Of a stretch of DNA of 64,000 nt, positions 28,437-36,668 are shown in pieces. Source of the stretch: an uncultured Bdellovibrionales bacterium (GTDB lineage: Bacteria > Patescibacteriota > Minisyncoccia > Moranbacterales > UBA1568). Position 1 is the first letter of the stretch, and each line of letters starts with the position of its first letter. Under the pieces are notes generated by a model. The model saw nothing but the letters and a program-made list of their open reading frames with translations, was not told the origin of the DNA and searched no databases. The stretch is taken from NCBI GenBank assembly GCA_964436855.1, contig CAYTED010000005.1, positions 2,539 to 66,538 on the forward strand. The letters run 5' to 3'. Both the position numbers and the translations under genes were made by a program.

Positions 28437-28451
28437 AGTTTCATTTCCAAT

Positions 28452-28473
28452 AAAAAAACCGGGAACTTCTCGG
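28452..28473 (-). terminator. rho-independent terminator after the hyf-like operon
   Basis: Minus-strand hairpin ccgagaagttcccgg followed by U7. Confidence 0.45.
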
Positions 28474-28553
28474 TTGCTTTTTATACTAGCATAATTATCC
28501 CAAAAACATCAAGAAAAAAACAGCGACCTCTCCACTGTTTTTTCCTGTTTTTT

Positions 28554-30137
28554 TCAGAGATCGTTTCCCGAATACGAGAGATTGAAACTCTTGTTGATAA
28601 GCGGGAAATCCGGAAGCATATCGTTCGGGAAAACGTATGGGAATATCTGCCAGTTTAGAGACGAAGGATCCCGAACCTTCACGCGAGCGATATACCCCTC
28701 CCGGTCCGTTGCAACAAAGTATACGATATCTCCGCGCCACCCTTCGGCAATACCGATTGCCATTCCTTTCGCGCGAAGCGGTTTTTGTTCCACGCGCAGC
28801 ATACCGTCCGTTTCATACGGAAGCAGTGTCAACACTTGATTCAAAATCCGGAATGACTCTCGGATTTCGCGAATTTTAACAAGAAAGCGTGCATACACAT
28901 CGCCCGCTTCTTCGGTCGGAATACCGAACTGCACCGAACCGTATTCCGCATATGGAAAATCCGCTCGCGCGTCATTCGCTTCGCCAAGCGCCCGAATCGG
29001 CACTCCGGTCACTCCGTGGTCAAGAGCGATATTTTTCGCGAGCGCGCCTGTTCCTTTTAATCGATTGAGAAGCGAATCACTCTCCATGGACGCATCGTAC
29101 ACTTCCTCAAAATCATTTTCGATCCGTTCGAGATCATCGGCAAGCATATCGGCAAGCGCTTCCGGAATATCCGTCATCACCCCGCCCACGACAACCGCGC
29201 CACGGAAATATCGATTTCCGGAAATTCGCTCATTCCACTGCATGATTCGCTCACGAAGCCGCGCGCCATTTGAACCGCCGAAGGAAAATCCGGTATCGAG
29301 CATAATAAATCCGATGTCGTTGAAATGATTGGCGAGTCGTTCCATTTCCGCAAAGATCATCCGAAGAAATCCGGCGCGCTTGGAAATCGAAATGTCCGAA
29401 AGCGATTCGATCGCCTGCGCGTAAGAAAGCGCGTGCGCCACGGTACTATCTCCCGACACTCGCTCGGCAAGCGCGATTTTCTTTTCCATTGGAAGCGTTT
29501 CAAACAGTTTTTCCACACCCTTATGAACCCAGCCGAGCTGCGCCTCGAACTTTACCACTTCTTCACCGAGCAAGCTGAAACGAAAATGCCCCGGTTCGAT
29601 AATTCCCGCGTGCACCGGCCCGACCGGCACCACATACACCCCTTCCCCCTCCATTTTTCCAAATGCATACGATTCTTTTGACATTTCAGGGCGCGTCGTT
29701 CCATTGAAATCCTTTCGGAGCGGATACACTCCCTTCGGCCAATTTCCATGCAAATTTATTGGGCGAGAATCCGGATTCCCCTCCGGTTCCAATCCGAAAA
29801 ATGTCCGAATCTCTCGCTCGTATCCGCCCGCCTGATGCAGTGTCGCCACCAGCGATGGAAACTTCGGAACATTCGGATCAATGGTAAGATACGGGACAAG
29901 AAAAATATTTTCTTTCGGAACGCCGAAAACATAACACACGCGGAACATTCCCGTATCTTTTCGGTCATCCATCGCGCTCAACGTTTTTAAGGGAAGTCCG
30001 TGAATTTTCACCAGGTTTTCACACATCGAAACGATTTCCCGCGCATCAACACGAAATGGAATAACACCCCCAACTTCAACATCGGAGACATAACGCTCAA
30101 GACCGAATTGCTTCAATATTTCAAATGCTCGTTTCAT
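28554..30137 (-). CDS. fused NuoC-NuoD / HyfG-HycE-like large subunit lacking all [NiFe]-ligating cysteines
   Basis: NuoC-like N-domain (EREIRTFFGLEPEGNPD, PLRKDF), then a NuoD/NiFe large-subunit fold (GPVHAGIIEPGHFRF). The N-terminal RxCGxCxxxH motif is present as ERVSGDSTVAH. The C-terminal DPCxxCxxH motif is present as DPSSLNWQ. Confidence 0.8.
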   Translation of the reverse strand: MKRAFEILKQFGLERYVSDVEVGGVIPFRVDAREIVSMCENLVKIHGLPLKTLSAMDDRKDTGMFRVCYVFGVPKENIFLVPYLTIDPNVPKFPSLVATLHQAGGYEREIRTFFGLEPEGNPDSRPINLHGNWPKGVYPLRKDFNGTTRPEMSKESYAFGKMEGEGVYVVPVGPVHAGIIEPGHFRFSLLGEEVVKFEAQLGWVHKGVEKLFETLPMEKKIALAERVSGDSTVAHALSYAQAIESLSDISISKRAGFLRMIFAEMERLANHFNDIGFIMLDTGFSFGGSNGARLRERIMQWNERISGNRYFRGAVVVGGVMTDIPEALADMLADDLERIENDFEEVYDASMESDSLLNRLKGTGALAKNIALDHGVTGVPIRALGEANDARADFPYAEYGSVQFGIPTEEAGDVYARFLVKIREIRESFRILNQVLTLLPYETDGMLRVEQKPLRAKGMAIGIAEGWRGDIVYFVATDREGYIARVKVRDPSSLNWQIFPYVFPNDMLPDFPLINKSFNLSYSGNDL

Positions 30138-30147
30138 AGGAAAAATA

Positions 30148-31605
30148 CTAGTGTCTACTCGTTAGAATATCCGCTCCGCCGGAAAGAATATGCTCAAGCG
30201 GCGGAACAAGCCACCACGAGAAAATCACCGAAAAAAGAAACAAGAGAATAACCGGCCACACCGTCAAACGATTGCTTTCCCCTATGGTTACCCCTTCCGG
30301 AACCGGACCGAAAAGCATCCCCGTAACACTCCGGATAAATCCAAAAAAAAGAACGGCGAGGAAAAACAATGCGAATGACACAAGATACGGATGCTCGACA
30401 AATCCGCTCGAGAGAATACCGAACTTCGTGAAAAACATTCCGAATGGAGGCATACCGAGAAGCGCGAGCGAAGTGGCAAAAAAGACGACCCCGGTCGACG
30501 GAAGCGCCTGAAGAACACCGCGAATATTCTCGATCTTGGTCGAACCGTATTTCAAGAAAATATTTCCCGCCGAAAAAAAGAGGAGCGACTTCAGAATCGA
30601 ATGATAGAAAAGATGAAGCAAAGCCGGTAACACCGCCGCCCCGCCGAATCCAAAACCAAGCGCCGCGATTCCCATATGATCAACGCTCGAATACGCAAGC
30701 AAACGTTTGTAATTTTTCTGAACAAGAATGATAAGCGCGGAAAGTCCGAGAGAGAGAAAACCGAAAAAAAGAAGCGTCTGATTGACAAACTCGACTCCAT
30801 TCGCCGCTTCCATCACCTCACGAAATCGAAGGATCGCAAAAAAAGCCACATTCAAGAGCACCCCCGACAGAAGCGCCGATATCGGCGATGGAGCTTTGCT
30901 ATGACCATCCGGAAGCCACGTATGCATCGGCGCGAGCCCAACCTTTGTTCCAAAACCAACAAGCACAAAGACAAACGCGATTTTTGCGGCAAGCGGCGAC
31001 AGTCCATTTTTCGCAGCAAGTTCGAGGCCGCTCCAATTTGGAATCGACACGCCATTGTACGGGAGCGAAAGGAACAACATTGTCCCAAGAAGACCGAGAA
31101 GAAGTCCGAGCGAGTTCAACAAAAGATATTTCCATGCCGCTTCGGTCGCGGACTGCTTGTTGTAAAAACTGATCAGAAATACCGTCGAGAGCGTAGTCGC
31201 TTCGATCGCGATCCACAAAAGAATCGGGTAATCCGCAAGAACCGCAACCAGCATTGCGAACAAGAAAAGCTCAAAGAGCAGATAATATTGCCGGACCCGC
31301 GCAAGACCGATAATTCCTTTTTTTGTTTCCTCGCGAAGATACCCAACCGAATGAAACGCGGCAAAAAGTCCGATCCCCGAAACAATCAAAAGAAACCACG
31401 CGCCGAGCGGATCGAGACGGAAAAGATCTCCAAGGATAACCGTTTCTCCTCGCGAAACCGCCAATGTGGCCGATATCGACGCGAGAAACGACACTCCTTG
31501 CGCGCCAAGGGCGACGCATTCAACCAAAAAACGCGCCTCCTTCCGAAGGAAGAGAATCATCAAAGCGGCGAGAAATGGAGCAAAGAGAACAAAAAAGAGT
31601 GTCAT
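30148..31605 (-). CDS. NuoM/N-HyfF-like proton-pumping antiporter subunit
   Basis: 14-TM Proton_antipo_M fold with conserved Lys/Glu-containing helices; similar to hydrogenase-4 subunit F. Confidence 0.75.
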   Translation of the reverse strand: MTLFFVLFAPFLAALMILFLRKEARFLVECVALGAQGVSFLASISATLAVSRGETVILGDLFRLDPLGAWFLLIVSGIGLFAAFHSVGYLREETKKGIIGLARVRQYYLLFELFLFAMLVAVLADYPILLWIAIEATTLSTVFLISFYNKQSATEAAWKYLLLNSLGLLLGLLGTMLFLSLPYNGVSIPNWSGLELAAKNGLSPLAAKIAFVFVLVGFGTKVGLAPMHTWLPDGHSKAPSPISALLSGVLLNVAFFAILRFREVMEAANGVEFVNQTLLFFGFLSLGLSALIILVQKNYKRLLAYSSVDHMGIAALGFGFGGAAVLPALLHLFYHSILKSLLFFSAGNIFLKYGSTKIENIRGVLQALPSTGVVFFATSLALLGMPPFGMFFTKFGILSSGFVEHPYLVSFALFFLAVLFFGFIRSVTGMLFGPVPEGVTIGESNRLTVWPVILLFLFSVIFSWWLVPPLEHILSGGADILTSRH

Positions 31606-31616
31606 AATCGTTGCCG

Positions 31617-32276
31617 TTATTCTTCAATAAGTTTTTTCATATCGGCGGTCGAGAGCGATCCGAATTGTCGATAGATAATCGATACAAACGCCGTCGCCAC
31701 AAGAATCCACACGAAAAGATCGAACAAAATACCGATATCGAGACCAATCGAAGTTTTGACACCGGCAAGCGCCGACAGAAAAACAATACTGTTTTCAAGC
31801 GACAAAATGCCCACGATCTGCGTCAGCACACCGCGCCGATTGATAAGGAGAAAAATCGATACGAGCACCATCGCCAAATTTATGGAAAACATTCCAATCG
31901 TCTCCGGGACGCTCGTCCCCAATGGTACGATAATCTTCGAATGAGCCACCGCGACAATCAGAAGAATCACCCCGAGAGTAATCGGCGTATTCGCGTAATT
32001 CGTTCCGGACATCGCCCCGCTTCCAATACGACGAAAAAGACGGAAAAAGAATGCCGGGGCAAGTATACCCTTCACAAAAAATGAAAGAAGGGCGACCCAT
32101 AAAAACCCCTTCTCCGATTCAGACAAACCAAGTAAAAAAAGCAATCCTGAAAGAAGAATCGATTGCATCACGTAGAGGAAGACCAGACTCGCGTTTCGAT
32201 GCACGACGTTCATAAGCAGCACCGAAACAAAAGCAGCGATGTCGATGAGAAAAAGAATGCCGTACCAAGTTTCCAT
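31617..32276 (-). CDS. HyfE-like small membrane subunit
   Basis: 219 aa with 6-7 TM helices. Its size and position between the NuoH-like and HyfF-like genes match the hyf/hyc operon layout. Confidence 0.5.
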   Translation of the reverse strand: METWYGILFLIDIAAFVSVLLMNVVHRNASLVFLYVMQSILLSGLLFLLGLSESEKGFLWVALLSFFVKGILAPAFFFRLFRRIGSGAMSGTNYANTPITLGVILLIVAVAHSKIIVPLGTSVPETIGMFSINLAMVLVSIFLLINRRGVLTQIVGILSLENSIVFLSALAGVKTSIGLDIGILFDLFVWILVATAFVSIIYRQFGSLSTADMKKLIEE

Positions 32277-32288
32277 ATGATGGATTCC

Positions 32289-33236
32289 TTAAATCGTAAT
32301 AATAATAACGAGCGCGATCACCGCAAGTACAAACGAGGTAAAAAGGAGATCGGGTACTCGGAAAATACGGAATTTTGCGATTGTCGATTCAAGGAGCGCG
32401 ATCACCATAAGGAATCCGAATGATTTTACAAGAAAAAGAGCCACCGAAAAAACGATTTCTTTCAACTCAAATGTCAACGAAAGTCCCCATGGGAAGAATA
32501 TATTCGCTCCGAGCGCGATAAAGATGAGTAATTTATTCGCCGCCGCCCACTCCAAAAGAGCGAGACGCTTTCCGGAGTACTCGAGAATCATCGCTTCGTG
32601 AATCATTGTCAGTTCAAGGTGTGTTGCCGGATTATCGACCGGAAATCTGGCATTTTCGGCGAGAAGAGCGATAAAAAACGCAATAAATGCGACAAATATC
32701 GGGAGAAGATTCTGAAGAGGAAAACCGGAAAGCTCAACCGAAATCGCCGCGAGATTCGTCGTTCCGGCCGCGAACGATGGCACGAGAAGAGCAAAGAACA
32801 GGCCTCCTTCGGCGAGCGCCGCCACCATCATTTCCCGACTGGACCCAAATCCTCCAAACGCACTCGCGGCATCCATACCGGCAAGCGCAAGAAAAAAAGT
32901 TCCCAACAAGAGAAGGTACACAACGATCAGAAAATCTCCCGCCGGAGCATACGGCGTGATTGCCGAGAAAATCGGAATACTCGCACCGATACATACCGTT
33001 ACACCAAATACAATATATGGCGCGACACGAAAAATCCATGAAGCGCTCTCCGAAATCACCTCGTCTTTTCGGAAGAGTTTTCGTAAATCAAAGTACGGCT
33101 GCAACACGCTCGCTCCTTCACGATTCTGCATTTTCGCTTTTATCTTTCGGATAATGCCGATCGCAAGCGGCGACAATGCCGGAATGACAATAATCTGCAA
33201 GAGAAAAAAGAAAATGTTTTGAGACAAGGAAGTCAT
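32289..33236 (-). CDS. NuoH / HyfC-HycD-like membrane subunit
   Basis: 8-TM NADH-dehydrogenase subunit-1 fold (ELTMIHEAMILEYSG region). ATG at 33236 preceded by AAGGAAG; the ORF track uses GTG at 33251. Confidence 0.75.
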   Translation of the reverse strand: MTSLSQNIFFFLLQIIVIPALSPLAIGIIRKIKAKMQNREGASVLQPYFDLRKLFRKDEVISESASWIFRVAPYIVFGVTVCIGASIPIFSAITPYAPAGDFLIVVYLLLLGTFFLALAGMDAASAFGGFGSSREMMVAALAEGGLFFALLVPSFAAGTTNLAAISVELSGFPLQNLLPIFVAFIAFFIALLAENARFPVDNPATHLELTMIHEAMILEYSGKRLALLEWAAANKLLIFIALGANIFFPWGLSLTFELKEIVFSVALFLVKSFGFLMVIALLESTIAKFRIFRVPDLLFTSFVLAVIALVIIITI

Positions 33237-33254
33237 ATTTTTTCGATACACTAT

Positions 33255-35303
33255 TTATTGTCGTACCGCCCACAACAGCAGAAACAGGAGCGTGAGAAAA
33301 CTGTAAAAAAAATACGTATTGATATTTCCCGTTTGAATTCGTTTCGCTCGCCGCCCCATCCACTCAAGAAATTTTTCAAACGGCCGATAGAGATACCCGC
33401 GATACACATCGAAGAGTCCGGTTTCCAATGACTGCGACTGGATAAAATACCGCATATGCTCGTCATGATATTCCACATCAAGCTGTCTTGTTGGTCGGAG
33501 AAGTCCCCGAAAAATCGTCACGAGCGACCGAGAAAAGCCCGCCGCGGTAATTTCCATCGACGCGTCGATCGGCGCACCGCAATCCCATGTCTGAAAAACA
33601 GTTACTGTTCGTTTGCGCGTGAAAAAATACACTCCTCCGCACACCAGTATCATTGTTATAACAAATCCGGCCGCCACCCATTCAAGCGGAAGCACCGTAG
33701 AAAAAACCTCTCGATTCTCAATCAACTCCATAAACGCAAACTGAAGTGATTCTCCCGACCCTCCCGCGACACTCCCGACAACACCGAGAATACCAGCAAT
33801 CACCGTCGTCGAAAACACCCCAAGAAGAACGGTCAGCCCGGCAAGAATTCCCATTGAAAAAAGCATCGACCATGAAAGTTCTTTTGCTTCTCTTGCCTCG
33901 TCCGTTCTCGGCTTTGCGAGAAACGTTACTCCAAACGCTTTTACAAAGCACGCGGCGGCGAGCCCTCCCGAAAAAACAAGAACGCCGATAGCAAACAGAA
34001 ACACTCCTTTCACAAGAATACTCGGAGACGCGATACCGATAAAAAGCGACTGAAAAGTAAACCACTCGCTCGCAAATCCGGAAAGCGGCGGCAACGCGGA
34101 AATCGCCATCGATCCGATCAAGAAAAAGAATCCCGTCCACGGAAGCGCCTTCAGAAGTCCGCCGTACGATTCCATATTTCTTGTTCCCGTGGACGCGACA
34201 ACCGAACCCGCTCCAAGAAAAAGGAGCGATTTGAACATCGCGTGATTCATCGTATGGTAGAGCGCCGCAGCAAGTCCGAAAAACGCCAATTGCTCTTTTC
34301 CGTATCCGATCGCGACTACCGCGCTCCCCACACCGAGAAGAATGATTCCGATATTTTCCACGCTCGAATACGCGAGCATTTTTTTGATATCGGAATTGGA
34401 CAGCGCATACAAAATACCGAACAAGACCGTAAAGCCGGCAAGTACCAATATGAACAATCCCCATTCCATACGTGCCCCCGGAAAAAAATCAAAAAATATG
34501 CGAATAATCATCAGAATAGCCGTCTTGATCATGACTCCGGAAAGAATCGCCGAAACATGCGACGGTGCGGCCGGGTGTGCTTCCGGAAGCCAGATATGCA
34601 ACGGGATAATGCCGGCCTTTGTACCAAATCCGATCAGCGCGAAAAAATATATCATATTCAACGCGACATCGGAAACCGTTCCATATGACGCCCTCCATAT
34701 ATCAAAATCGAAACTTCCGGTCGCCGAGAACGCGACAAAAAACGACAAGATGACAAAAACAGTCCCGAAGTGCGTCATTAAAAGATACTGAAATCCAGCA
34801 AAGACACCGTCTTTATTCGATCGGTCGGCGATAATAAGAAAATATGAAACGATCGACATCAACTCCCACACCAGTAAAAAGAAAATGCCATTGTTCGCCA
34901 TTGACACAAGAAAAAGCGACGCGATAAATATCGGATACGAGAAACCGAACAATTCCGTCCGAAAATGATCCGCCGTTTTTCGAAAATACCCGAATCCGTA
35001 GAGCGAAGCAACGGTGGTTACTCCGGACAATATCAGAAGGAAAAACGCCGACAGACCATCGATTCGAAACGCGAAATCAAAATAGGCAAGCCGCCCCGGA
35101 AGAAAAAAGGAAATTCCTTCTCCCCGGAAGAGAATATTCGACGAAAACACCGCCATCCAAAGAGAGCCGATGAAGCTGAATCCGTGCGAGAGTTCAATCG
35201 CCACTGCTTTGGAAAATCGTCCGCCGAGAAACGAAAGAAATCCCGCGGTGACAAGAAGCCCGAGAATCGAAAACAGTTCCGTGATTGTTGCGGTATGCTC
35301 CAT
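33255..35303 (-). CDS. NuoL / HyfB-like antiporter subunit
   Basis: HIWLPEAHPAAPSHVSAILSG motif (the WLPDAH...PVSAL block of complex-I antiporter subunits). 682 aa. Confidence 0.8.
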   Translation of the reverse strand: MEHTATITELFSILGLLVTAGFLSFLGGRFSKAVAIELSHGFSFIGSLWMAVFSSNILFRGEGISFFLPGRLAYFDFAFRIDGLSAFFLLILSGVTTVASLYGFGYFRKTADHFRTELFGFSYPIFIASLFLVSMANNGIFFLLVWELMSIVSYFLIIADRSNKDGVFAGFQYLLMTHFGTVFVILSFFVAFSATGSFDFDIWRASYGTVSDVALNMIYFFALIGFGTKAGIIPLHIWLPEAHPAAPSHVSAILSGVMIKTAILMIIRIFFDFFPGARMEWGLFILVLAGFTVLFGILYALSNSDIKKMLAYSSVENIGIILLGVGSAVVAIGYGKEQLAFFGLAAALYHTMNHAMFKSLLFLGAGSVVASTGTRNMESYGGLLKALPWTGFFFLIGSMAISALPPLSGFASEWFTFQSLFIGIASPSILVKGVFLFAIGVLVFSGGLAAACFVKAFGVTFLAKPRTDEAREAKELSWSMLFSMGILAGLTVLLGVFSTTVIAGILGVVGSVAGGSGESLQFAFMELIENREVFSTVLPLEWVAAGFVITMILVCGGVYFFTRKRTVTVFQTWDCGAPIDASMEITAAGFSRSLVTIFRGLLRPTRQLDVEYHDEHMRYFIQSQSLETGLFDVYRGYLYRPFEKFLEWMGRRAKRIQTGNINTYFFYSFLTLLFLLLWAVRQ

Positions 35304-35311
35304 ATTCTTGA

Positions 35312-35974
35312 TTATTGCGTCTCTTTTTTCTCCTCTCTTGTTTTCTTTCGATCTATTTTATCTCCCTCTTCAAAGAGAGAAAAAAGCGAGGCAATCACTT
35401 GTTTTGGCGATGGCGGGTCCCCGGGAATACAAAAATCAACCGGGATAACATCCGATACCGAGTCGTATATCGCGTATGATCCGCGAAAAATCCCCCCATT
35501 GATCGCTCCATCTCCGACCGCCACCACAATTTTTGGTGTTGGCATCGCTTCGTATGTCTTTCGGAGCGCTTCTCCCATATTGCGCGAAACTGGTCCGGTT
35601 ACCATAAGCATATCCGCGTGTCGTGGCGAAGCGACAAATTTGATTCCAAATCGCTCCACATCGTAATAACAATTGGAAAGCGCGGTCAATTCCTGCTCTT
35701 CGGCGTTCGACGAACCGGCCGCCACTTCCCGAATGGCGAGTGATCCATTAAAAAGTTCCGATATTTTCCCTTTGAGTCTCTCGCCAATGACCTCAACCTC
35801 ATCAGAAAGAAGCTCTCCTAGAGGAAGGATTGTTTTCGGGGTCGTCGCCATTTTTCGTAAGATGCCGTACATAGAAAATACAGAAAAACAGAGAATTCCC
35901 TCCATTCCCTGCATTACTTCAAAAATTGTCGAGGAAATACTGAAATATCCTACTCTTTCGGGAAAATTTGTCAA
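35312..35974 (-). CDS. NuoB / HycG-like small subunit with every [4Fe-4S] N2-cluster cysteine substituted
   Basis: Aligns to NuoB blocks. SCCYVEM appears as SSNAEEQ. SPRQADLM appears as SPRHADML. GACANSGG appears as GDGAINGG. PVDVYIPGCPP appears as PVDFCIPGDPP. Start uncertain (track TTG at 35974; ATGs at 35914 and 35851). Confidence 0.8.
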   Translation of the reverse strand: MTNFPERVGYFSISSTIFEVMQGMEGILCFSVFSMYGILRKMATTPKTILPLGELLSDEVEVIGERLKGKISELFNGSLAIREVAAGSSNAEEQELTALSNCYYDVERFGIKFVASPRHADMLMVTGPVSRNMGEALRKTYEAMPTPKIVVAVGDGAINGGIFRGSYAIYDSVSDVIPVDFCIPGDPPSPKQVIASLFSLFEEGDKIDRKKTREEKKETQ

Positions 35975-36603
35975 TTTTCAGACCGATCGGTTACGAAAAC
36001 GTTTCTTTCTTTTCGACGTTCAACCACATATCGATGCACCACAGGAAGAAATGAAATAAAGACGATACCGAGAATAATCGGGAGAAGGTATCTGTCGACG
36101 TCAATCACACTCCCAAGGAAATACCCCGCAAGAATAAGACCGAAAACCCACAAAAATCCTCCCAAAAGACTGAATAAAAGAAACGGTTTTCGATTCATTT
36201 TCGCCACACCGGCAATAATTGGCGCAAAGGTCCGAATAATTGGCATAAACCGTGCAAGAAGAATCGTTTTCCCGCCGTTTTCTTCGTAAAACATCCGCGC
36301 ACTTTCCGCGTGTTTTTTCTTGAAAAAAAATGAATCTTCTCGGGCAAACAGTCTCTCACCGACACGATGGCCAAATTCGTATCCGGCAATATTTCCGAAA
36401 ATCGCGGACAAAAACACCGCGATCAACAATATTGGAAGCGAAAAAAGATCCTGTGACGCAAGAAAGCCCGCAACAAACAAAAGACTATCTCCCGGCAGAA
36501 AAAATCCCAAAAAAAGTCCCGTCTCCGCAAACACAATAAAGCAAACCCCGACAAGCCCAATTGTCGTAATAAAATGTGGAAGACTGATACCAAAAAATTC
36601 CAT
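35971..36603 (-). CDS. DedA/VTT-domain membrane protein (second paralog), 4-nt overlap with the NuoB-like gene
   Basis: FAETGLFLGFFLPGDSLLF and LARFMPIIRTFAPIIAGVAKMN VTT motifs. Confidence 0.75.
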   Translation of the reverse strand: MEFFGISLPHFITTIGLVGVCFIVFAETGLFLGFFLPGDSLLFVAGFLASQDLFSLPILLIAVFLSAIFGNIAGYEFGHRVGERLFAREDSFFFKKKHAESARMFYEENGGKTILLARFMPIIRTFAPIIAGVAKMNRKPFLLFSLLGGFLWVFGLILAGYFLGSVIDVDRYLLPIILGIVFISFLPVVHRYVVERRKERNVFVTDRSEN

Positions 36604-36668
36604 ATAAAAAACAATAGCCTTTCCTCTTAGTATACTAGTATACCCGAAATCCCGCCGAAAAGAAAATT

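Noticed and set aside
27756-31674. Plus-strand ORFs 27756-28658 (300 aa) and 30676-31674 (332 aa)
   Set aside because: Antisense to the ABC-F and HyfF-like genes. Basic low-complexity shadow ORFs.
28554-35974. Annotating the cluster as a functional hydrogenase-4 / formate hydrogenlyase or as NADH dehydrogenase (nuoBCDHLMN)
   Set aside because: Every Ni-Fe ligand cysteine in the large subunit is substituted. Every [4Fe-4S] ligand cysteine in the small subunit is substituted. No ferredoxin-type or NuoEFG subunit is present. Gene-name transfer (hyf/nuo) would therefore be misleading.
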